64,000 bases of DNA from a virus (lineage: Duplodnaviria > Caudoviricetes), in IMG/VR virus record IMGVR_UViG_3300027833_000011; one strand, written 5' to 3'. Position numbers and translations under genes: made by a program. The first letter of the stretch is position 1. Each line of letters begins with the position of its first letter. This document shows, in pieces, positions 48,292 through 57,370 of the stretch. Under the pieces are notes generated by a model, which was not told the origin of the DNA, ran no database searches, and was given only the letters and a program-made list of their open reading frames with translations.

Positions 48292-49143
48292 ATGAAACAA
48301 ACATTAATAGAATCAGAAATTAAAAGACTTATGGAAATCATGAGTGTTGAGGTGTCTGAAGGTTTTAACGAAGAGGGTTTACCTGATTTTAAGTATTACG
48401 CATTTGATTGGGATGATAACCTAATGTATATGCCAACTGAAATTATGGTGAAAAGTTTTGGAGACCAAGAAATAGGTATGGGTACTGCAGATTTTGCTGA
48501 GTACAGAGGACAGATAGGAAAAGAAGACTTTGACTATAAAGGTCATACTATTGTTGGTTTTGCTGAAAATCCTTTTAGAAATTTCGGCGTAGATGGAAAT
48601 GAACAATTTGTTAAAGATGCTATGATTGCTAAAACAGGTCCTTCATGGAATGATTTTATAGAATGTATTAACGGAGGTTCAATATTTTCTATTATCACGG
48701 CAAGAGGACATAACCCTGAGACATTAAGAGAGGGTGTAGAGGCTATTGTTAAAGACGGTAAGGGTGGTTTATCATTCGAATCGTGTGTAGAGTCACTTAA
48801 GAAATATAAAGGTGTTATAGACGGGGATGGTGAAGAATTATTTCAAGAATATTTAGACTTATGTAGATTTCATCCTGTTTCACACGGAGCTGGTAGTGCT
48901 GCTAACCCTGAAGAAGAAAAAATTAAAGCATTAGAACAATTTATTAAACATGTTAATTCTTTATCTGAAGAATTGGCGGTTACGATGGAGTTAGAAAATG
49001 ACATCAAAAATAATTTTGTCCCGATGATTGGATTTTCTGATGATGATAAGGCTAATGTCGACAACGTAAAAAAATACTTAGACGACAAAGGAGAAGAAAA
49101 TGTCAACGTGTATTACACTAAGACTGATAAAACAAAAATGTAG
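48292..49143 (+). CDS. HAD-superfamily phosphatase-like protein
   Basis: Motif I YAFDWDDNL, motif II IITARGH, motif IV IGFSDDD. Confidence 0.65.
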   Translation: MKQTLIESEIKRLMEIMSVEVSEGFNEEGLPDFKYYAFDWDDNLMYMPTEIMVKSFGDQEIGMGTADFAEYRGQIGKEDFDYKGHTIVGFAENPFRNFGVDGNEQFVKDAMIAKTGPSWNDFIECINGGSIFSIITARGHNPETLREGVEAIVKDGKGGLSFESCVESLKKYKGVIDGDGEELFQEYLDLCRFHPVSHGAGSAANPEEEKIKALEQFIKHVNSLSEELAVTMELENDIKNNFVPMIGFSDDDKANVDNVKKYLDDKGEENVNVYYTKTDKTKM

Positions 49144-49234
49144 ATACTAGAACTAGTATACTAGTAATATTTAAGTTATTATATTTTATATATTTTATTT
49201 CTTAAGTGTTTTTAAGTGAGGTATACTGGAACCT

Positions 49235-49263
49235 AGTTTAAACAAAATAATTAAAAGTGTCAA
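49235..49263 (-). promoter_or_regulatory. Sigma70-like promoter with no downstream gene
   Basis: TTGACA-N17-TAAACT on the minus strand, pointing into an AT-rich tract. Confidence 0.5.
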
Positions 49264-49334
49264 CTAATATCGAAAGATTTTTAAATTACTTGATATTTAT
49301 AGATAAATAAGAAACAAATTAAAAAAAATACAAA

Positions 49335-49823
49335 ATGGCTGATTTATTAATGAAAATGCCTGTTCCTTACGAACCAAAGAAAAAGAATAGGTTTATTTTA
49401 AGATTCCCTTCAAGTTTAGGGATAAATGAGTGGTATGTAAGTACAACATCTAGACCTTCAGCGAACATAGGTTCAGTTGAAATACCATTCCTAAACACCT
49501 CAACATTTGTTGCAGGTAGGTTTAATTGGAACACTATTAATGTAACGTTTAAAGACCCGATTGGTCCTTCAGCGGCACAAGCATTAATGGAATGGTTTAG
49601 ATTACACGCAGAATCTGTTACAGGTAGAATGGGTTATGCTGCGGGATATAAGAAAGATATCGAATTAGATATGTTAGACCCAACAGGTGTTGTGGTAGAA
49701 AAATGGATTATACAAGGAGCCTTTTTAACTGACTTAAACTTTAATGACTTATCTTACTCTGATGAAGGTTTAGCTGATATCTCAGTAACGTTAAGACCAG
49801 ATAGATGTATATTAGTATACTAA
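49335..49823 (+). CDS. Tail tube protein (T4 gp19-like)
   Basis: YEPKKKNRF, GRFNWNTINVTF.D, EWF, YKKDIEL.MLD..G.VVEKW...GAF; position after the sheath gene. Confidence 0.9.
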   Translation: MADLLMKMPVPYEPKKKNRFILRFPSSLGINEWYVSTTSRPSANIGSVEIPFLNTSTFVAGRFNWNTINVTFKDPIGPSAAQALMEWFRLHAESVTGRMGYAAGYKKDIELDMLDPTGVVVEKWIIQGAFLTDLNFNDLSYSDEGLADISVTLRPDRCILVY

Positions 49824-49850
49824 AACTATAACGGCCATATAAAATTAAAG

Positions 49851-49875
49851 AAACTCACATCATGTGGGTTTTTTT
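49851..49875 (+). terminator. Intrinsic terminator after tube
   Basis: AAACTCACA-TCA-TGTGGGTTT followed by a T run. Confidence 0.6.
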
Positions 49876-49926
49876 ATGCTTTACAATGTGATTATATGGT
49901 GTATTGTTAAAATAAAAGTGTTTAAT

Positions 49927-50676
49927 ATGGACGAACAGAATTATAAAATGGAAGTAGCCTTCGATGTAATACCGTTACCGACTAACGGGGTATTCTACAA
50001 AAATAAGAAAGACACACTTAAAGTTTCTTTTCTTACTGCATCGGATGAAAACATTTTAACCTCACAAAACTTAATCCAACAAGGTTTGGTTATTGATGAG
50101 TTACTTAAGGTTAAAATCTTAGATGACGATATTACCGTAGATGAATTACACGATTCAGACAAAGAAGCCGTTTTATTGTTTTTAAGAAATACCGCATATG
50201 GTTCTATGATTAAACTATCTGTAATTGACCCTGATACCGGTTCTTCGGTTGAGGTTGATTATGACCTACAAAATATTAAGTATAAAAAATTTACTCTAAC
50301 ATCTGATAGTGAAGGGTTATTTGATTATACACTACCAACATCTAAAAAAGTCGTTAAATTTAAGTTCTTATCACCAAATGATGAGAGAGAATTAGAAAAA
50401 ATTAGTGAGGTTTATAAAGATATGTTAATAAAACCAACAATTACTAAAAGGTTAGAAAAGATGATTATTTCAGTTGATGGTGAAAAAGACCCAATGAAAA
50501 TATCACACTTCATTAGTACAATACCTATTAGAGATTCTCAGAGTTTTAGGAAGTATGTCACTGACAACACACCAGGTTTAGACAAAGGGGTAGAGATAAC
50601 TTTACCTTCGGAAAAAAAAATACAAACATTCTTTAACCTTGACACAGAATTTTTTCGTCCATTCTACGGACTATAA
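49927..50676 (+). CDS. Tail/baseplate-hub assembly chaperone (gp26/lambda G-like)
   Basis: VIPLPTNGVFY, FLTASDENIL, DKEAVLLFLRNTAYG, LPTSKK..KFKFL; lies between tube and tape measure; ATG at 49927. Confidence 0.75.
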   Translation: MDEQNYKMEVAFDVIPLPTNGVFYKNKKDTLKVSFLTASDENILTSQNLIQQGLVIDELLKVKILDDDITVDELHDSDKEAVLLFLRNTAYGSMIKLSVIDPDTGSSVEVDYDLQNIKYKKFTLTSDSEGLFDYTLPTSKKVVKFKFLSPNDERELEKISEVYKDMLIKPTITKRLEKMIISVDGEKDPMKISHFISTIPIRDSQSFRKYVTDNTPGLDKGVEITLPSEKKIQTFFNLDTEFFRPFYGL

Positions 50677-50842
50677 AACATCTGTTTTAGAAGAAATCTA
50701 TTATTTAGGAAAACATTTGAATTTCACGTATAGTGATGTTATGATTATGCCTGTCTACGAAAGAAAGTTTTTTGTTAATATGTTAGTTGAGGAATTTGAA
50801 AAAAAGAAACAAGACTACGAGAACGAAAAGGCTAAAAGGTAA
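50639..50842 (+). CDS. Overlapping chaperone C-terminal ORF (gp51/lambda T-like), probably reached by frameshift
   Basis: EEIYYL..HLNFTYSDVMIMPVYERKFF; no ATG before the conserved-looking part; +1 frame relative to the upstream gene. Confidence 0.65.
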   Translation: MTQNFFVHSTDYKTSVLEEIYYLGKHLNFTYSDVMIMPVYERKFFVNMLVEEFEKKKQDYENEKAKR

Positions 50843-50901
50843 TCTACATTATACCCACAAAAAAAAGGTTAACAGGTATTTATAGTTATACTTAATACCA
50901 A

Positions 50902-52737
50902 ATGAATTTTAAAGACTTACTTGCTGACTTAAATATAACAGACCCTCAAGGTAAAGATAAACTGAATAGATATATTACTCAGGTTACTGAGGAGGCCACT
51001 AAAAAATCTAATAACAGTATGAGCAGTAGTGGCTCTGCGTTGGACGGGGTTAGTAACTATATAACAGGATTAGGTCAAGTTAATGCTTCTGCGATAACTT
51101 TTGATAGAAACATATTACAGTTAACTGATGATGTTATAGATTTTGGTAAGGCACTGGTTAGTATGGATTTTGGTAAAATTATGACCAGCTTAAGTACTGT
51201 CGCTAAACCAATAATTGCACTCGATGGTGCACTTAGAAAACAAGTAAATGTTAGTCTTGGATTAACAGGTGGATTAGCTAGAGACCTTAGAACCGACATG
51301 ATTGAGGTTGCTGAGGAGACTACAAAATATGGTATTGAAATAGAAGATGTTGCTGCGGCATATTCATCTTTTATAACCGACTTAGGACTTGCGGTTCCTA
51401 TCAGTAGGGATGTTGCTGAAGGATTGATGTTACAATCCAAAGCCGTAGGGTTGAGCGCAACTCAAGCAGGTTCTTTCTTAGCTACCTTAACAAATTTTGG
51501 GGTTGGTTTAGAAAAAGGACCTGAAACACTCAAAGAAATGGCTTCAACTGCGAGGTCAATGGGATTGTCTACCAACAAATTTATGAACTTTGCCACTACA
51601 AATTTAAAGATGATAAACACTTTAGGTTTCAGCAAGGGAATTAGAGGGTTCACTCAGATAGCCGCAAAGGCGTCCTCTATTGGTTACGACCTTGCTAGTG
51701 CACAGACTGCCGCTGAGAAACTTTTTGACATTGACGGTGCGGTTGAAATGGCGGCACAGTTAAATGTGTTGGGTGGTGATTTTGGTAAGTTAGGTAATGC
51801 TATTGATTTAATGTTCTCACCAACGAACGATATGGAAGGGTTTACTAATTCATTAATGGACGCGACTAAACAGTTTGTTTCTTTTAATTCTGAGAAAAAC
51901 ACATTCGACGTTAGTCCTTTAGATTTAAGACGAGCTCGTGAATTTGCTAAAGTAACAGGAATGAGTATAGAAGAAGTTATACGAAGTGGTAAGAGATTGG
52001 CGAAGATGGATATGATAAAGGATAAAATATCTTTCTTACCAGACTTATCCGAAGACGAAAGAACACTGATTGGAAATTTAGGTTCTATAAGTGATAGTGG
52101 TGAGGTTACCTTAAAAGGTAAAGTTGTTAGTGAAATGGGAAGTGTAGAACTTACAAATACACTTAGGTCTTTAAAACAAGAAGATAAGAAAAAAGCAATG
52201 ACTGAGAAAGAGATACTAAACGAACAGTTAAATATGTTTAGTAAATCGGTTTATTATTTAAAAGCAATTGCCTTACAGGTTACAGGTGCTGGAGACGGTG
52301 GTGGTGCCTTTACTGCGGTTGGGGATGATTTGAACGACTTGGTATATGATATGGTTAAAGACGATACTAAGAGAGAGGCTATGTTAGATAGTTTTATGAC
52401 GATGTTCGCCAAAAACGACATTAGAGGTATTGAAGCAAGTTTAGCTGCAAATGCTACTACATCTGACCAAAAAATTGCGGTACAAGGGATTAAAGACAAG
52501 ATGGCGTTGTATATGAAAGAATATCAAAATGTGATGGGGGTGTCTGCAAAGAATAGTGGTATCTCAGGCGTTGGTAGTTCTTTGAAAGGGAATGTTGATG
52601 TCAAGCTTAGTCCAACGACAAACGTTAGTGTTACAATCGATGGTCAATTAGCGGAAAATTTCACTAGTGGAGAAAGAAAAATACTTAAAAATTATGCTGC
52701 GAAAGTGGTTGTTGAAAACCCGACACCAAAAAGATAA
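50902..52737 (+). CDS. Tape measure-like protein
   Basis: Helical Ala/Gly/Met-rich protein located right after the chaperone pair. Confidence 0.65.
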   Translation: MNFKDLLADLNITDPQGKDKLNRYITQVTEEATKKSNNSMSSSGSALDGVSNYITGLGQVNASAITFDRNILQLTDDVIDFGKALVSMDFGKIMTSLSTVAKPIIALDGALRKQVNVSLGLTGGLARDLRTDMIEVAEETTKYGIEIEDVAAAYSSFITDLGLAVPISRDVAEGLMLQSKAVGLSATQAGSFLATLTNFGVGLEKGPETLKEMASTARSMGLSTNKFMNFATTNLKMINTLGFSKGIRGFTQIAAKASSIGYDLASAQTAAEKLFDIDGAVEMAAQLNVLGGDFGKLGNAIDLMFSPTNDMEGFTNSLMDATKQFVSFNSEKNTFDVSPLDLRRAREFAKVTGMSIEEVIRSGKRLAKMDMIKDKISFLPDLSEDERTLIGNLGSISDSGEVTLKGKVVSEMGSVELTNTLRSLKQEDKKKAMTEKEILNEQLNMFSKSVYYLKAIALQVTGAGDGGGAFTAVGDDLNDLVYDMVKDDTKREAMLDSFMTMFAKNDIRGIEASLAANATTSDQKIAVQGIKDKMALYMKEYQNVMGVSAKNSGISGVGSSLKGNVDVKLSPTTNVSVTIDGQLAENFTSGERKILKNYAAKVVVENPTPKR

Positions 52738-52772
52738 AAACAAAAAATAATTAAGAATACTATATATAATAT

Positions 52773-55700
52773 ATGTCTAATTTAAATTTTACAAATACTG
52801 AGATATTAAGAAACAGTTTACTTAGTAGGAATCTAGATGATTCTTATGGGTTTAGTACTCCTTTGCCTAATACTTTCACTGATTCCACATATGGAATACA
52901 AGGAACTTCAGACCTATCAGTAAATGACCAATTGGGTGTTAGTGAAACGGCAGAACCAATTATAGACACTATAGGTGTTTTAAATCAGTATGGTCCTGAA
53001 CAATATAGTATAACAAGTATTCAAACGGTAATTAGTAGTATTGGTAGTCAATTGGACTACTTACAGAGTTTTGTTCCTTCACCGAGTAGAGGTAGTTTAG
53101 GGTTAATTTCAATATTAACAGGTGATGATAATGGTGAGGGGGATACAGAAATGGTTTCTATAGCACGTGCCCAACTTAGGGGTATGGCATTGGAAACAAT
53201 GGGTGTTAAGTTACGAGAATCCACATTAGGGAGAATTAATGCGTTAGACGCAATTAATGACCCAACGGCTTTAGACGGGTTACTGACGGGTAGAGAAAAA
53301 ATAATTGAAAGAGATTACCAGATTACAGTTCCCGGTAATCCAATAACAAGAGCGGCTGAATATTTTGCAAGAGTTTCGGGGACACAGTTACCCGTTTCTT
53401 ATATTCCTGGTGAGTTCTTTGAAGAAAATATTGAAAAAGGTAAAGTTGAAGGGTTCTTAGACAAAGCGGGTAATGCGATTGGTCAAGTATTAAATTTAGA
53501 CTTTAACAGTCACAAAAAAACATATAGTCAAAAACTATTACAATATACTTCGGGTGGTCAAAAATCAAGACTATTTAAATCCGTAAATTATAACAAATAT
53601 AAACCAAACTTTGATAGTAGTGTTGGGGGTGTTTTAAACAATGTTGTTGGGTTTGTCCAAGGACTTGTAGGGTTAGACCCTTCAGATGGGTCTTTTTACG
53701 TTGGTTCGCCAGACTCAGACCCAGGAACAATCTTTAACTATGATAGTCAAAGTAACACACAAAAAGGGTTTATTGTTTCAGGACCGTCTAAGATGGTTAA
53801 AATGTTTGAGGGTGATATACCATTAAACACATACCCACAGAGTGGTAGAAAGTACTTAAACGGTACTAGACCAAGAAACACAGAAACCGATTTCATTTGG
53901 ATTGGTGATGGTAATGACATACCAAGAGGAACGATAGATGGTGTTGCCGTACAATCAAACGAGAAAACCATTAAAGAAGATACTCTTTTAGGGTTCACAG
54001 AAAAAATGGTTCAAGACGCATCCGCATTAGAGGGTGAGGCAAGATTAAAACATCCCGGTACTGTTATAAGTAACGTGGCCTACAAATATCATGATGGGTA
54101 CAAAATAATATCCAAAGGTAGTGGGGTTATAGGTGAGGATGATGACTTCTGTCGTGTATGGACTAAAGATTACGGATATGACCGTTATGGAAGGTTGGTT
54201 AGACATAAAGGAATACAAAATAATCAGAGAAGGGTTCCAGGGTCTGTAATTAGGTCACAAATGATGTTAAATATTGCACCAACTAAAGATAATAATGGTG
54301 ACAACATAAACTTTGGAACAGATAAAGAAGGTAATAACCTAACTAAGTATATGTTCTCAATTGAGAATTTAGCGTGGGTTGGTTCTGACAAATTAAAAGA
54401 CAGACCAATATGTGAACAAGGACCGAATGATGGTAGAATTATGTGGTTCCCACCATATGATTTAAAATATACTGATGATAATAGAGCAAGTTGGACTTCA
54501 CATACGTTCTTAGGTAGACCTGAACCTGTATACACATATAATAATTCAGAAAGAAGTGGTACCATCAACTTTAAAGTTGTTGTTGACCACCCTTCAATTG
54601 TTAATTTACTAAGAAAAAAATTAGAGAAGAATATACCTGTAGAGAAACAAGAGGAGATAATGACCGCTTTCTTTGCTGGTTGTAAAGATTATGATATTTA
54701 CGAATTAGCGAGTGAGTTTAGTTCACTATCAATGAACGATGTTGAAAGGCTTGACGACTATTTAAAATTAAAAGGGGATTTAAAGTCTGACGTAAAAGAT
54801 GGAGAAAAAGTAGTTGCTGAACCAGAAACAACGGTGACACCCATCAAGTCTATTTTCGAAACAAAATATGGTGCTAAAACGAAAGACATTCAACTATATT
54901 GGTTTAATGATGTACCAGGACCAAACACAACGGCAGATAAGACACCTAATTCTGCGTTTGATGATGACCTTAATGGGTATATTGAAAGGTTTGACGTACC
55001 TCAAGGGGAGGACAGTGATTATCAAAAAAAGGTTAACGAACTTACAGACGACGATTTATTTGAAGGCGATGTTAATTGGGGGGAAAATGAATTGTTGGTT
55101 TTTAAAGGTATTTTAGACAATATTAAAACGGTTGTTGAAGAACTAAAGACAACGGTTAATCAAACCCTTACCCAAGAAGACGACAAAGAGGATACGTTTA
55201 GTTTTGAAATAAAAATAAAAGCAACCACATCGGCAGTTGCTACACAGGCATATAACAATGCGTTAGCAAGTAGAAGAGCAGAATCACTTAAGAAATATTT
55301 GTTAGGTGATATAGACCAAAAAAGAATTAAAATAGTAATAGAGTCAACAGGTGAAAACCCTGATTTCCAAGGTTTAAATTGTACTAAATTACAAAACACA
55401 ACTAAAGGTAAAATATATTCAAAATCGGCAACCTATTGTCGTACTGCAACATCTACTATTACCGTATTAGGTGAACCAACAATAACAGAGTACAAGGAGG
55501 GAAAAACAGAACCAACATACAAGAAAGCAATAGATAAATTAGAAAAAAATCCTGAGAATAACGACGGTTGGGACTTAATATTAAAAACAATCCATTCTGA
55601 ATGTGATTACTTTTTAGAATTAAAAGAAACGGACCCATTGGTGTTTGGAAGTTTAGTGGAGAAGTTAAAATACTTCCAACCAGGGTTTCACTCAACAACA

Positions 55701-57365
55701 CCAGAAGGTCTAAACTCACGATTAACCTTTTTACAACAATGTTTAAGACCTGGTGAAACAATAAAAGTTTTCGATGAAAACAAAAATGAAGTTACAGACT
55801 TATCATCAAATAGTGCGTTTGGTAAACCACCTATTTGTGTGTTAAGAATTGGGGACTTTTTCCATACCAAAATGGTTGTTGATAATGTCAACTTTTCGTA
55901 TGATGACGCATTATGGGATATGAACCCTGAGGGTATTGGGTTGCAACCAATGATAGCGTCTGTTAATATGGGAGTTAAGTTTATTGGCGGTCACGGTATT
56001 AGTGGTGCAGTTAACGAATTACAAAACGCACTATCATTTAATTATTACGCAAACACAGAGGTTTATGACTGGATGTCAACTGAGACTGATGGTGGTAGAG
56101 ACCCTAAAAAGGTTGAAGAAATTCAAAACGCGTACAAAGATAGAATGACTAAACAATTGTCGGATAATTTAAACAACACAGAACTGTCAAAAGACGATGA
56201 CGAATATTGGGGTAATTTAATGGAAAGTGACAATGAAAATATTACATATAATCAGTTTTATAACAATTTTGCTGAGAGTCTTAATGATTACGCAAATGAG
56301 TTAATTACTCAAACGAAAAATGTATACGACAAATTTGGTAACTCTGCGGTACGACTACTTTACGAAAAAGAAAAAAGATGGAATATAAAATCCGTTACAA
56401 AATATAGTACAACCGATAGTGTTGAAATAGGGTATATTGGTAGAGATGAATATGATTACAATGATGCATATGACAAACTGTTATTTATTATTAAATCGGT
56501 GGTTGATAACGTAAATGAAAACTGGGATGTAATATATATTGAATTAAAGAAAACGATAAACTTCAACGAAGAGAAAAACGAAGAATTTATAAAAATAAAT
56601 AAACACTTATTAAAAGAGGTTAAAAATAAATTTTCAGATTTTGGAATACAAATACAGGATTCGATAAGTGCGGTACATAACAAACAGAAATCGTTACAAG
56701 AGTCGTTAGATGCTTTTAATATTATCTTAGGGGATGAAATTGATGGGTATAAAGATAAAGATGGAGAGTATGTTGTAAAATACCTTAATAATTTGACACA
56801 GGATAACGGAGACTTATCGGGTGATTTTGAAGCGGCGTTAAATAAAGCAAAAAAACTTTATGACGATTATGTGGATACATTATCTAATGATGTTAAAGAT
56901 TATGAAATAAGTACTAAAACTGACTTAACTGACAGAGGTACAGGCGACACATTAAACGCGGCTATTTATTATTACAATGAATTACTACCTTTATTTTTAA
57001 ATGATGGTATACTTGATATTGACGAACAAATCAAAAACAATGTAGAGTTTGATAGACGTATAAGAAGAAAATTCGCAGAACAGTTAGTGATTATAAAAAA
57101 TAAAAACGTTAAGACGGTTAATATTGATAGTGTTATTTGGGAAAACGTTGTTAAAACAAACCAAGTTTATGACTTTAGGTTAACCGATTCTATTGACCCG
57201 TCAAATAGTGATATATTAAAAGATTACTATACACAAGTTAATCCTAATAAAGAGGATTCTAAGGGAATATGGAACCCATTTACAATACCTAGTATCGGTG
57301 CTCCGGATTCTGCGGTACTTTATTTCCCGCCTAACCAATTTAGTAATGACCCTCAATTAGCCTAA
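52773..57365 (+). CDS. Large baseplate/tail-tube initiator protein with an embedded OmpA-like domain
   Basis: MWFPPYDLKYTD, FLGRPEPVYTY and PPICVLRIGDFFHTK..DNVNFSYD (tube-initiator-like segments); YNNALASRRAESLKKYL (OmpA-C-like). Confidence 0.6.
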   Translation: MSNLNFTNTEILRNSLLSRNLDDSYGFSTPLPNTFTDSTYGIQGTSDLSVNDQLGVSETAEPIIDTIGVLNQYGPEQYSITSIQTVISSIGSQLDYLQSFVPSPSRGSLGLISILTGDDNGEGDTEMVSIARAQLRGMALETMGVKLRESTLGRINALDAINDPTALDGLLTGREKIIERDYQITVPGNPITRAAEYFARVSGTQLPVSYIPGEFFEENIEKGKVEGFLDKAGNAIGQVLNLDFNSHKKTYSQKLLQYTSGGQKSRLFKSVNYNKYKPNFDSSVGGVLNNVVGFVQGLVGLDPSDGSFYVGSPDSDPGTIFNYDSQSNTQKGFIVSGPSKMVKMFEGDIPLNTYPQSGRKYLNGTRPRNTETDFIWIGDGNDIPRGTIDGVAVQSNEKTIKEDTLLGFTEKMVQDASALEGEARLKHPGTVISNVAYKYHDGYKIISKGSGVIGEDDDFCRVWTKDYGYDRYGRLVRHKGIQNNQRRVPGSVIRSQMMLNIAPTKDNNGDNINFGTDKEGNNLTKYMFSIENLAWVGSDKLKDRPICEQGPNDGRIMWFPPYDLKYTDDNRASWTSHTFLGRPEPVYTYNNSERSGTINFKVVVDHPSIVNLLRKKLEKNIPVEKQEEIMTAFFAGCKDYDIYELASEFSSLSMNDVERLDDYLKLKGDLKSDVKDGEKVVAEPETTVTPIKSIFETKYGAKTKDIQLYWFNDVPGPNTTADKTPNSAFDDDLNGYIERFDVPQGEDSDYQKKVNELTDDDLFEGDVNWGENELLVFKGILDNIKTVVEELKTTVNQTLTQEDDKEDTFSFEIKIKATTSAVATQAYNNALASRRAESLKKYLLGDIDQKRIKIVIESTGENPDFQGLNCTKLQNTTKGKIYSKSATYCRTATSTITVLGEPTITEYKEGKTEPTYKKAIDKLEKNPENNDGWDLILKTIHSECDYFLELKETDPLVFGSLVEKLKYFQPGFHSTTPEGLNSRLTFLQQCLRPGETIKVFDENKNEVTDLSSNSAFGKPPICVLRIGDFFHTKMVVDNVNFSYDDALWDMNPEGIGLQPMIASVNMGVKFIGGHGISGAVNELQNALSFNYYANTEVYDWMSTETDGGRDPKKVEEIQNAYKDRMTKQLSDNLNNTELSKDDDEYWGNLMESDNENITYNQFYNNFAESLNDYANELITQTKNVYDKFGNSAVRLLYEKEKRWNIKSVTKYSTTDSVEIGYIGRDEYDYNDAYDKLLFIIKSVVDNVNENWDVIYIELKKTINFNEEKNEEFIKINKHLLKEVKNKFSDFGIQIQDSISAVHNKQKSLQESLDAFNIILGDEIDGYKDKDGEYVVKYLNNLTQDNGDLSGDFEAALNKAKKLYDDYVDTLSNDVKDYEISTKTDLTDRGTGDTLNAAIYYYNELLPLFLNDGILDIDEQIKNNVEFDRRIRRKFAEQLVIIKNKNVKTVNIDSVIWENVVKTNQVYDFRLTDSIDPSNSDILKDYYTQVNPNKEDSKGIWNPFTIPSIGAPDSAVLYFPPNQFSNDPQLA

Positions 57366-57370
57366 AAATT

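Noticed and set aside
50611-50636. A9 run (G GAA AAA AAA) as a classical -1 slippery site in the chaperone gene
   Set aside because: The -1 frame hits TAA within about six codons and does not reach the downstream ORF. It remains possible only as a +1/-2 or transcriptional slippage alternative.
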